From Octopus sinensis (lineage: Eukaryota), in the NCBI RefSeq assembly GCF_006345805.1, contig NC_043000.1, positions 137,578,001 to 137,642,000 on the forward strand: a stretch of DNA of 64,000 bases. Reading direction: 5' to 3'. The stretch's first letter is position 1. Every line of letters begins with the position of its first letter. A program made the translations under genes and the position numbers. Below the pieces are notes generated by a model that worked only from the letters and a program-made list of their open reading frames with translations, was not told the origin of the DNA and made no database searches. Shown in pieces: positions 1 through 10,992 of the stretch.

Positions 1-550
1 AATTTAAAAATGGATGAATCTTTCTAAATTTTTGCATACATTATTTATTTTGTATATATTTTCCATTTTCATAACTTTGTTTTCAATTGCATTTCATTTT
101 TCTTTTTGGAGAGGTGCGTCTCTAAAGAAGCGCCCAAGTTTGTATTTATGCACATCACTACTTATCACTGTCTCCCCGTATTTAATTTACTACGAGCCAC
201 CGAATAGCGCAACCAGTCATTCAACGATGACGGGAATATAAGAATTGAGACCTGTCTCCCATGTCAATTCGCAGCGTATGTTTTTCCTATCTCTGTTGCA
301 TGGACCCAGCAGTCTGGTTAGGGAGTGCTGCGAGCTGACACGGTGTATTTACTCTTATTTGTCTATGACAAAACACAGAGAAAGCCTTCCTTACGGATTC
401 GTATATACTTCAAGCATATTTGAACTTGTAACGTGTTTGTATCTATACACGTCAATTGCTTATCATTTATACCCATACTAAATATATAGAGAAATATCAT
501 TATTTCTAATTATCTCTAAAGGAGACTACGGCAGCGGTACTGGATATTAA

Positions 551-787
551 CAGTTATCACCAAGCTAATATGGCAGTCTAGAAAATTAGGACAAATGCTG
601 CCGTTGATTAGCTCCAAAAAGCCATCGCTTCTAGCTAGCTATGTGACACACAAACCTGTCTCCATTATAACCTTTGGACACAGGTTTGCGTGTCACATAG
701 CTAGCTAGAGGTGATGCCTCTTGCAGCTAATCAAAGGCAGCATTCGTCCTATTTTTCTGGACTGCCATGTTAGCTTGGCGATACCTC
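551..787. mobile_element. Fold-back MITE (about 110-bp imperfect arms, about 10-nt loop) flanked by TTAA
   Basis: Left arm cagttatcaccaagctaatatggcagtc...acctgtctcca pairs with right arm tggacacaggtt...gactgccatgttagcttggcgatacctc (roughly 85% by eye). TTAA at 547-550 and 788-791 looks like a target-site duplication (TSD). Confidence 0.7.
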
Positions 788-1793
788 TTAATAAATATAT
801 ATATATATATTTCATTTAAGTAATGATTAAACACACACTAACTCTATCATTCAACACATACAGTTTCTGAAGAACAGTTCTTTCTATAATGTATAGCATC
901 TTTTAATGTTTCATTCCCCTGTAAAATATATGTATTGCTTACCATCACCATCCAAGACATTTCAGTAGTTTCCCACCTCTTGCAATAGTTCTCAGTGGTC
1001 TGCATTCCAATAATACATCTTCTCTTACGAGAAATCCATTCGTACGTGTAGTGGTTGACAATTGATAATGTAACAAACAGTGATTCAACTTTTCTATCTG
1101 ATACATTGATCAATTACACATTTGAATTCCAAAGACTGTACACACCCCGTGAGTTCACTCTGACAAGTGATGTAGCAACGAGTCACATCTTTCTACAGTA
1201 ACATAGACTTCCCCCAACACTGCAGATTTCATTATCATTCCTATCTCTTTAAACTTGAAAAGAACATTTATCGTTATGGACTGAAGCAACGTCAGATATT
1301 ATATTTCTCTTCTGCACATACACACGTGTGCGCTTGCACACACAGACACGCACAAGCTGCTAACGTGCGAGAACACACATATATTAAAATATTAGTCGAT
1401 ACATCACCCTTCATAAAAATCTAATTTTGAACGGCATTAGTACAGCAAAGACTTCCGCACTACCTTTATATCTATATTGTGATATGTTCATAAATATTGA
1501 TTTGTGTGAGGTTTTCGAGTCAACATGTGCGCGCGCACAAACACAAGCATACACACACACAGACACACACATTATTAACAATGGTAATAGTATCTTATTT
1601 AATTTTATAGTGTACTGGCTCACATTATGTTTGTTTTTGAACGTCGCGGGGGCATTCAAATGTAAGAACGCTCACGGTGAAATGGTGAAGAACATTTCAA
1701 AAATAGATGATTTACAGTAAAACAGTTCTATATTTACGGAGATGTACTTGCATAGCAAGTGATTTGATCTGAGATCGTGTGTTGGAACGAAAA

Positions 1794-2273
1794 CAATTGC
1801 AGCGTGGAAGGTGTTTGTAAGCCATTTAAGAAACACACAAAAGCCGTTCGATTCACTTCAACATTTATGAATTTTCCTAATATGTAGTATGCAAACCTTA
1901 GTAATGATAATCCATCATTCAATATGTAATTATGTAAGACCCTTTATTTTATACACTACTCCAGGAAGCTTATACACTATTTGGGGTATTAATTCAGTAT
2001 TATAAGAACTTGCGTTTTTTTTCTTGCATGTAACTTCGTGGGCGTATACATATTGCTAAACTAGCAACCATGGTTTGTAAGGATCTGCCGTTAATCAGCC
2101 TTTTATTTTAGTTGAAATATATTTCAGATGCAGCACTGATTTTTGTCAGTGAACAGGTCGCGGTCTTATAGCGACGAAAATATTTTGACAAATTAAACTT
2201 AAATGTCGAAGTGAATCGAACGGCTTTTGTGTGTTTCTTAAATGGCTTACAAACACCTTCCACGCTGCAATTG
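1794..2273. repeat. 74-bp inverted repeat pair (1794-1867 / 2200-2273)
   Basis: caattgcagcgtggaaggtgtttgtaagccatttaagaaacacacaaaagccgttcgattcacttcaacattta recurs as its reverse complement with about one mismatch. Confidence 0.85.
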
Positions 2274-2300
2274 AGTTCTATATTTAAGAGATGATGAATT

Positions 2301-2470
2301 ACTTACATTTAACGGATCTTTGTCCTCATCTTGTTTGTTGTTAACGTAGGTTCGAAATTTCCCAAAAACATCTGATGAACGATGGAGGGTATATCAGCCG
2401 AAACGTTGTGTTAACTACAAACAAGAAGAGAACAGATATCCGTCCAATGTAAGTAATGTAAATAATGTGA
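2301..2470 (+). mobile_element. Penelope-like terminal repeat (pLTR) with inverted truncated copy
   Basis: Hammerhead motif at 2367-2412. Segment 2301-2345 is the reverse complement of 2410-2454. Ends in short aatgta repeats. Confidence 0.65.
2367..2412 (+). ncRNA. Type I minimal hammerhead ribozyme motif (stem II partly mutated)
   Basis: aacat-CTGATGA-acgatggagggtatatcagcc-GAAAC-GTT-gtgtt. Stem I is aacat/gtgtt, stem III is the loopless palindrome ACGT, and stem II has two mismatches. Confidence 0.65.
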
Positions 2471-2836
2471 TTTACAGTAAGTCTGGCTGAAGAGCTTTAA
2501 GTATATTCCTCCAAAACGCGTAATCAGTTGATTCCAGAATATCTGTACGCCTTACTTCTGTAGTTCATACAAGGTAAGCCTATTTCTGTTATATTCATTG
2601 CATTCTCCGTGTGTATTTTAATAGTGAAAAATTTGTGGTTTTAAAACGTATGTGTGTGTATGTGTTATATATACGAGTGAATAGATGTGTGTGTATGTAT
2701 AAGTGCATTGATGAAATAACTGAATCTCTATCGCTGAAAGTGACGAAGATCCATCTCATAAACATATCAACACATCTGGCGTCCGATATACAAATATCAT
2801 GTTCTTTTAATAATCGTTCCTAAAATAGGAACATGG

Positions 2837-2934
2837 ACTTAAAAACCAGAGTGAAATGTACTTTCGATTATATCAGCTATATCACTTAAAAACCAGAGTG
2901 AAGTGTACTTTCGATTATATCAGCTATATCACTT
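2837..2934. repeat. 47-bp tandem duplication
   Basis: acttaaaaaccagagtgaa(a/g)tgtactttcgattatatcagctatatc occurs twice with one mismatch. Confidence 0.9.
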
Positions 2935-3313
2935 GCATAATACCATATTTATCGGTCCAGGAAGCATGAAACACCAACTGAGACCAAGCGTAATTTGAAC
3001 CCAGGACGTAAGGAGCAAAGAAAAATAATGCGATCATTTCTTCCTTTTTTCTAAAGATTCTACTTATCCTATCTTGAATATCACTTTCATATCTCAGTTT
3101 AAAGGTTGGAAATTTCCAATTTCAATCTTTTGTAGTTGCCGTGGAGTTTAAATTACTTACGCTCCATGTATTCCTCCATAATTTTAAAATATTCTGTACG
3201 TATTTTATATCTTCTTGCTTCTTCCTATTTCCATAGAATAAAGAACTTTGCTCACTCTATTATGTTTCCTATCGCTATTTCTCCCCTCCTTAAAAACCTA
3301 TCTATGTATCTAG

Positions 3314-3373
<60 letters not shown>

Positions 3374-4126
3374 TGATGGCTCTATATATTTCACTGTACC
3401 AACTGTTTATTTATCTCCTGCATCCCATCTATCTATCTATCTATCTATCTATCTATTTATCTATCTATCTGTCTGGCTCTCTGTATGTGCGTCGGCTGTC
3501 TGTGTGTTTATCTATCTATGTAACAGTATGTGTGCGCGCAAGCCCGTGCGTTTATAATTATATACGTTTGACAACCCAGGCGAGTTTGCGTTGTTAAAAT
3601 TTCTCACCAAGTGGTGCCCTGTTCCGATTCTACTACTAGAGGTTTCGGCCAAATAAAATTCTACCATCATTTCGTCATTTTGTAGACGGAAATTGTGTAA
3701 AAGCTTACCATTTGTGTATGTGCGTGTATGTATACGTGTGCATGTATTTATGGATATTTACATCTTTCGCTGTATACTGAGCAAATTTGTAAACATCGGT
3801 GCACTTTCAAGGAACCACATTGTGTCAGCGATGCTCCATTTTTACTCTCACCGTTCAAAATCTTGTGTATAGTCTCTTATATGAATCCGTTCTGTCTGTC
3901 TGTGTGTGTGGCTTCTAGGATCTCGGGCATCCTCCATTCAGTTGCGCTCAAATTTGATATGTAGATACCGACAGTATCAGGGCGTGTATAAGTCTTGAAA
4001 AAATTACAAAAATCGATTCCAGGTGAGAATGCGATCGATAACGCCGTGGAAAATCACTTTTGTTTGGAATAGAAAAACGTCTATCTTTATTTCTTCTTTT
4101 GCTGATGACTCAAATTTAGGTTAAAT

Positions 4127-4186
4127 CAGTGTTTCTCAAAGGGGAGACCTATGGGATGGTCGCACAAGTTGTTTTGAGAAAATTTG
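4127..4186. mobile_element. 60-bp hAT (Charlie-like) micro-MITE
   Basis: Ends are CAGTGTTTCTCAAA and TTTGAGAAAATTTG. Flanked by an 8-bp near-duplication ggttaaat (4119-4126) / gtttaaat (4187-4194). Confidence 0.6.
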
Positions 4187-4301
4187 GTTTAAATGTTTGA
4201 CAACCTAGCACCGTCCATTGGACGGGGGTCACGTTTTGCTTCTGTAATATGAGATTGTATACATACATGCATATATACATACATATATATATATATATAT
4301 A

Positions 4302-4440
4302 TAATGAATCTCTGAACGAGGTATAAACAGAAGCTGCACGACAACGTGAAGTATATTTGCCGCTTAAATGTGGCTAACAAGCTACAGTAGCATCCACCCT
4401 TAGTGGTTAACCACATTTAAGTGGCGAATATACTTCACGT
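4302..4440 (-). mobile_element. Penelope-like pLTR 3' fragment with internal fold-back; same family as 60111-60586
   Basis: aatctctgaacgaggtataaacag...ttaaatgtggctaac matches 60111ff. 35-bp arms at 4344-4378 / 4406-4440. Abuts (TA)n on the left. Confidence 0.7.
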
Positions 4441-5132
4441 ATATATTTGCTAATATAATATATTATTCACTAACTCGACGGAAGCCCATAAACAACGATG
4501 CCGTAGTTCTCAAATTGTAGTGCACAATAAATAATTTTCAAATATATGATACTAAAGAGCATTACTGTATCACAATTTGTATGTCTCGCCAATTTATCTC
4601 TATGTAGATTTTAATGTCCACGCTCAACCTTGTGGTTACTACGTATGTGAGTGATGCACTTGAGGTCAATTCGATTGACTGCACCACTCACTGATATCAG
4701 GTGGTCGAATAATGCCTATGACAGGTTTCCATATAGCAATAATCAATTCTAAATTATGGGATTTCCTTTCCTGCTGAATGCTTTCTTTCTGTTTCTGACA
4801 ATATTGAAAAGAATGAACAGCGTACATATCGAATATAAAAAGATAATAATAATATCGAGGTATGAAAAGAAAATATTGTATTTCCATATTCTATTTCATT
4901 GAAACTTTAACATTTCAGTCAATGTTTTTCTCTCATTGATCTCTCATCTCCAACTGCAACTTCATATGGTATTTAGGAAGTCCGTTAAAATCAAAAGAAA
5001 ATGTTGTGTATTCTTTTTTCATTTGATATTAATAGGGTTGCAACTCCTCAATTTATCTTTAAATATGAACACCCATTTGACGTATGTGCTCAGAGAGACA
5101 TACATACTAAAACGCACATATTCCTGTTGAGC

Positions 5133-5177
<45 letters not shown>

Positions 5178-5179
<2 letters not shown>

Positions 5180-5586
5180 AGTGGCTGTGTGGCATGTAGC
5201 TTGCTTACCAACCACATGGTTCCGGGTTCATTCCCACTACGTGGCATCTTGGGCAAGTGTCTTCTACTATAGCCTGGGGCCGACCAAAGCCTTGTGAGTG
5301 GATTTGGTAGAGGGAAACTGAAAGAAGCCCGTCGTATATATGTATATATGTATGTGTGTGTATATGTTTGTATGTCTGTGTTTGTCCCTCCCAACATCAC
5401 TTGACAACCGATAGTGGTGTGTTTACGTCCCCGTAACGTAGCGGTTCGGCAAAAGAGACTGATAGAATACGTACTAGGCTTACAAAGAATAATTCCTGGG
5501 GTCGATTTGCTCGACTAAAGGCGGTGCACCAGCATGGCCACAGTCAAATGACTGAAACAAGTAAAAGAGTAAAGAGTAAGAGAGTA
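5178..5586 (+). mobile_element. tRNA-derived SINE family A (octopus OR/CORE-like), full length
   Basis: tRNA-like head ggagtggctgtgtgg...ggttccgggttcattcccac, CORE-like cttgggcaagtgtc, internal (TA/TG)n, tail gactgaaacaagtaaaagagt. Several copies in the window. Confidence 0.85.
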
Positions 5587-7443
5587 ATAGGTGTGTGTGT
5601 GTCTCTATGCACACTCATACATATATATTCACATACAAATATGTGCATGGATCTGTGTATTTATACTTGTGCTTCAGCTGTATGGCTTGATTAATATCTT
5701 TGCTTCTCAACCATTTGGCTGTCCATGGCGTTCACTATACCCTCTGGTAGACCAGTCTTTTGATTGAAATATTGTACTCAGAATCTGGGTAACCCCGTCG
5801 AATAGGTTATAGGTGTTGATTTTGCTTGAAGATTACGTCGAGTGCATAGGTGCCTGTAAATTGTGAGCATTATGCTTACCTGTCGTGTTAGTCATTAACC
5901 TACTCTCACAGTGGTTCAATAAGTACTTATTTACTTGACGAATTAGCTAGAATACTCTCATCGTCATAAACATTGGCGATACATGTACATACACAGAGGA
6001 AGACAGGTAGATAAATATATATGTATAGACAATAGACAGAAGCATACTCGTATTTGGCGTGTGAGACTATCCAGTGAATATACTATGAATATCCTCTCCA
6101 GAGTTAGAGCCACAATCATCAGTCTTGTTAAATAACTGTTAATTCTTTTAGTTATATCCATTGAAGAAACTTCCTATTGAGAGTTATAGTATTTGCTTTC
6201 AGGAATCTATTACTAATGACATAGATACGTAAACGTCAAAACTACCGAAGAAACATGAAGATAAACCTAAGTAGAGAATGTTTTGTACTTGTAGCTATAG
6301 AAAGAATTCTAATTGTCAAATCCATTTTTCGTAGAGTTATCAACTTGATAATCGCTACTTAACTGTTTTGAAATAGCATAATAAGTCTCAACAGTTGGTT
6401 GCAGTAAACACACACACACGCACACACACGAAAATTTCGAGACACTGAAACATAAAGGAAAATTAAAGCAATAAAAGCGTGAATTGTGGTTTTGGAAAAT
6501 GCGAAAAAGGATCGTTTATCTACGGGGAACTATCAGGCACGGGATGTTTGCTCATCAGCTACTGGCAAACAACTAGACACCTCACTAATAAAGTGTGAAA
6601 AATAAAACGGAAATGATATTTGGAGACAGTACAAACAGAACATTTGTGTAGATATTAATCACCCCCTCAGACAGGCACTAAAAGCTGTCACTTGATAAAT
6701 GACAGAAGTCTAGCTGAACAATAATTAACAAGAAATGTAATCGGAACGAATCTGTAGTGTACAGAGGTATGAGAGGGCAATCAATGTCAGAGAAATTATT
6801 TCTTAAGGAAGATTCAATGTCTAGAGTGAGAAAGATGGATTTAATCAGAATGCAGCAAAGCTCCAAGAGATTTGAAATCTATATCTTTTCTTAAAACAAA
6901 TCTTTGAAGCGTTAATAGGGATACCCTTGAGAAGGAAACGTAATTGTCGAGTACTTGTATAAAAATAATACCTTCTAACTGAAACATTTCATTGACCTTG
7001 AAGACTAAAGCCTGGTTGGGGATATAAATGCAGTAATATGATGGCTTCAGCAGAAACAAAACAGATTATAATGCTACTCAAAGGGCAAAAACTACCGGGA
7101 TGAACCAAGAGTTTGTATGTCCTTGTTTGTCCTCTCTGTGTTTAGACCCTTGTGGCTAGTAAAGAAATAGGTATTCTGAACCCCACCTTTGTTTTACAAT
7201 GACTGTCAGACTTTATAGTAGTATGAACCATTTTGTCACGTAGGGAGAGTGTGTCATTTTCACTACAAAAAACTCCTACGCTAATTGTTGTAGAGAACTC
7301 CCACAAATCTGAACATATACACTTGCACACACACAAACACATACAGAATTAGTATTCATTATACATATGTTTATATGCTTTACATATAGTACAGTTACGC
7401 ACACAGGGACACATCCATGTATATATATATATATATATATTAT

Positions 7444-7870
7444 GTCAGGTCACTTTCAAGTGCTACTGGTAACATGTAACCCAGTACAACCTGTTGCATG
7501 GTCGGGTCGTCGGCGACTAAACCGGCAACACCACCAAGCTTGCTTGGTGAGGAGGATGTTTATTGGACAGCCTGTGGGATGAAAAACAAAACCCGTCAAA
7601 GGGTGGAGGAACTCTTGAGAGTCAACGGCCATCCAATAAATGTGTAATTAAAAAAAAACAATTTTTTTTTCTCAAGGCTTAAGGATGTATCATGCGCTGG
7701 GACATAGAAGTAATCGGACTGAATACCCGATTGCGCGGTTAAACCATTGGGAGTGAAGGACTCCTAGCCTTTGTTAGGGCATCCTTCTAGGAGAAGGTAA
7801 CTCAGGTAACTGGGATAACTCCGACATAAAACCTGCGGCTCAGTGGTTGCCGATTATGTTGACTTGTTCT
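7444..7870 (+). mobile_element. Probable RTE-clade LINE 5'UTR fragment
   Basis: Locally GC-richer segment between (TA)n tracts containing tagggcatccttctaggagaaggtaactc, which resembles RTE 5'UTR motifs from memory. No ORF. Confidence 0.4.
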
Positions 7871-8030
7871 TCTTTTTGGATTATGGCTGCTGTTGCTTAG
7901 TGAGTGGGATTGACTCAGTGCACAGCCTTTCCTCACTTTAAAAAAAATCTTCTTGCACAGGCATTGCATGATAACAACATTGATTAAGCTTCGTGCAATG
8001 GCCATACTCGATAACGAGGGGGCAGCCACC

Positions 8031-8076
<46 letters not shown>

Positions 8077-8080
<4 letters not shown>

Positions 8081-8445
8081 TGCAGTATTGCCCGGCGTTG
8101 CTCAGGTTTGTAAGGAAATAACTATAAAGCATTTTTAGAGAGTTATAGCCAAAAAATAGCAAAAAATGGAAAAAAATGATGTAAATTTTTGACAGTTAAA
8201 AAGGTGGAGTTGGTCCCCTAGACGGTCTGTGGTTTGGTTTTCTGAAATTCGACCCCATGTCGAATTTATCGATCTTTTCAGAACTGGGGAACTTTTCAAA
8301 ATTTTTGTGCGTTATTTTGAATTATGACATGGGCTATGTGTGTGTCAAGTTTCATCAGAATCGGTTGAAAGCGTCAGGGTGAGGGTACGAGAAAACAGAC
8401 CACAGAAACACGCACAGACAAACTGCCGTTTATATAGAGAGAGAT
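8077..8445 (+). mobile_element. Non-autonomous Helitron-like (Lep1/DINE-type) element
   Basis: Starts cactgcagtattgcccggcgttgctcagg, has aagtttcatcagaatcggttgaaagc near the 3' end, then an acaga-type repeat and tttatatagag. No TIRs or TSD. Confidence 0.5.
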
Positions 8446-9820
8446 ATAATATGCAAACAACTGGAAAGTATTTTATAATTTTAGCTGTATTTGTAATAAT
8501 TCTATCTTTGGACCAGGATTTGTGCTATTTTCAATAACATTGTTAGTTGTTTTAAGAGCGTGGTGTACTGGAAATTTAGCTACATTTTCTAACAAGTAGA
8601 ATAACCACATAGAAGTATTTGTATGAGTAAATTTGGTTTTAGATTTTGTTATTGAAATGAACTGGATTCCCGCACTCAATTGAAAAACCGTGTGAAGAAA
8701 GTTAGAGATACTCAATATATTGAAAAAATGGTGAAAATAAAGATAATATCGAATCATAGGGGAAATTATATTTTATGTTGTTAAAATCTTGTAACATAAT
8801 AAATATTCAATAAATTGCCACATATCTGAAATTATGTTATAACCAAGTGTTACCGTGTATTACAGGAACGTGTGATCCGACGATCAATTTGGCCAGCTGC
8901 GGACAGAATAATTTTCCTTCAGCAAACTTATATATCTACAAAGAAATATAAAAATAGTGTATAAACTGATTAATGTATAACTGGTTATACTAAGTTATTG
9001 ATCCAGTGAAGGTTGAAAAGTAAAACAAAAACTCAAGTAACGTATAATCTAGAGCGATAAAATACAACATGCTTTCAGTGAATGTAGCTCTATGATTTCT
9101 TTCGTTATATGTATTTAAAATGCCCCAATAAAATGTTTTCGTCTTGAAATAATATATAAACTCTCGATATTCAGCCTATTGCAGTTATATCTGCTCTGTG
9201 TTGATAGTAAATTCGAGGAGGTGCAGTTAATATCACTGGTATCAGAAAATTAGTTAAATTATATATTCCATCATTTATATTATTAATGTAATATTAGCTA
9301 ATATTGAATTTTGATTAAATTCTAATCCGTAGCTTGACTGCAATTTTTGATAATATTCTTTCTTCGTTTCTTATTTTAGAGCAGAAACATGTGTTTACTA
9401 AACCCTTACATGGATATTTTTAGCAAGTATTCCATCAGGTTTTGGGTTGATTTAATTAATTTTATGCACTTACTTATCAACGAAATCTTATTTCTTTATT
9501 TGGCACTACTTCCACAACACAGAGGGGAACACTATAATGACAGACACAACACCACAATGGGGACATAAAACAAAAGAAAATGAAATGTTATATAAAAAAC
9601 GAAGAAATGAAATGGCTGCATGGGCCCCATTCCCACATGGGCCCCATTCCCATGCAGTACCATTTGAACGGTTATACACAATATTCACAACCGTTCTATT
9701 TTTCTATTGATTTTTCTTAATTATCTTTTTCCCTCATTTTTTTTGTTACATGACACACTTTTACTTTTTCATTTTTTTCTTTCAACCAAACATTTTTACT
9801 TACTGTTTTTTTTTTCCATG

Positions 9821-10992
9821 TTAATACCTCATGAAAAGCTCGAAGTCTCTGAGTTCAACTATCGGTGGCAGTCTGCCGAACTCCACCAACATTCCGGGCG
9901 GGACAATCTTGTCTCCGCACATATCTCTCAGTTTCTTGTATGTTTCTTTGTCAAATACAATGGCCTTCACATTTTCTGAATACATGTCCGTGGGTAACCT
10001 CACTCTTATGATATGCTAAAATTTTACAATTTTTCTTTCCGTCTCCTTGTTTTTTCATATGTTACGAAATTCCATTTATTTTTTCCTTTTCTTGGTTTTC
10101 TCTTTTCTACTTCTATTTCTGGTTCCTTTTCCTTTTCTATCTCCACTCTGAACAATTTCTCCATTTCACCCTCGTACAGTTGCACTCCTGAATCTTTTTT
10201 CCTTCGCTGGAATAACCGGCTTCTTCAACACTGTTTCCTCCTTCTGTAACTACTTCTCGAACACTTTTTCAATTACATTTTCACTTTCTTTCACCACCGC
10301 CATTTTGTCTTCCATCCTTCTGGTCGCATCTTTCATTTCCACCTGTTCTTTTTCTTGTTACTTGGCGGCGGGCTCACTCCTCTTCTTTTTCTGTCCACCA
10401 CCGTGAATCCCTCCTCCGTTGTTTTTTCTTCCATCTCCACCTGTACTACCTGGCCCTTATTCTCCTACTTCTGCATATGTTCTCTCTGTGGGAACCCCGC
10501 CTTCATGTGGCCTTTCTCCCTACATGTAAAACATACAGGCGGTCTGCCCTCTACTATCACTCTTAATCTCAAGTCGTCGGGCAGCACTATCTCCTCAGCA
10601 ATCCGATTTAAGTCATCTATGGTTTCCTGGATAGTGAGCTCGATCCCGTATCCCCAGTAGTTCATTATATGTGTCTTTGTGGTCTTCAGTATCTTGACCT
10701 CATCTTCCGTGTTGAACATTATGGCTGTCATCAGTCATGTTTCTTTTAGTTCTGGGGGTACTTTGCCAACTCGCTCTCTGGCCACACGTTTGCCACAGTA
10801 CGAAGGTAAAAGTACCCACTCCTCCAATCTTATTACCTCCGTTGCGTGCTTAATTGCATCTTCCTCTGTCGTAAAGCGCACCTCCACGGTAGCGTATATA
10901 TCGACTACATCTTGAAGATTGTAGGTTTCCAGTTTTCTATAATCATATTTTGTCACTATCGATAATATCTCTGCAATTTTTTTTTTAAACAT
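9821..10992 (-). pseudogene. Degenerate gag/ORF1-like protein with a single CCHC-type zinc knuckle (non-LTR ORF1p-like)
   Basis: Consecutive minus-strand ORF pieces 10735-10992, 10465-10731 (GRPPVCFTCREKGHMKAGF) and 9821-10003. They are linked by a K/E-rich stretch with EGFTVVDRKRR and interrupted by stops and frameshifts. Confidence 0.7.

Noticed and set aside
847-1113. Minus ORF with a good splice donor (gatg|gtaagc at 943/942)
   Set aside because: There is a stop just upstream, no clear acceptor and no recognisable protein motif.
2478-2573. Possible plus-strand exon ending caag|gtaagc
   Set aside because: All three frames have stops from the tttacag acceptor. The alternative 36-nt exon is too weak to call.
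5178-5260. tRNA-like heads (also near 14075, 23354 and 53230-53300)
   Set aside because: They are SINE 5' regions that continue into SINE bodies and lack a full cloverleaf, so they are not tRNA genes.
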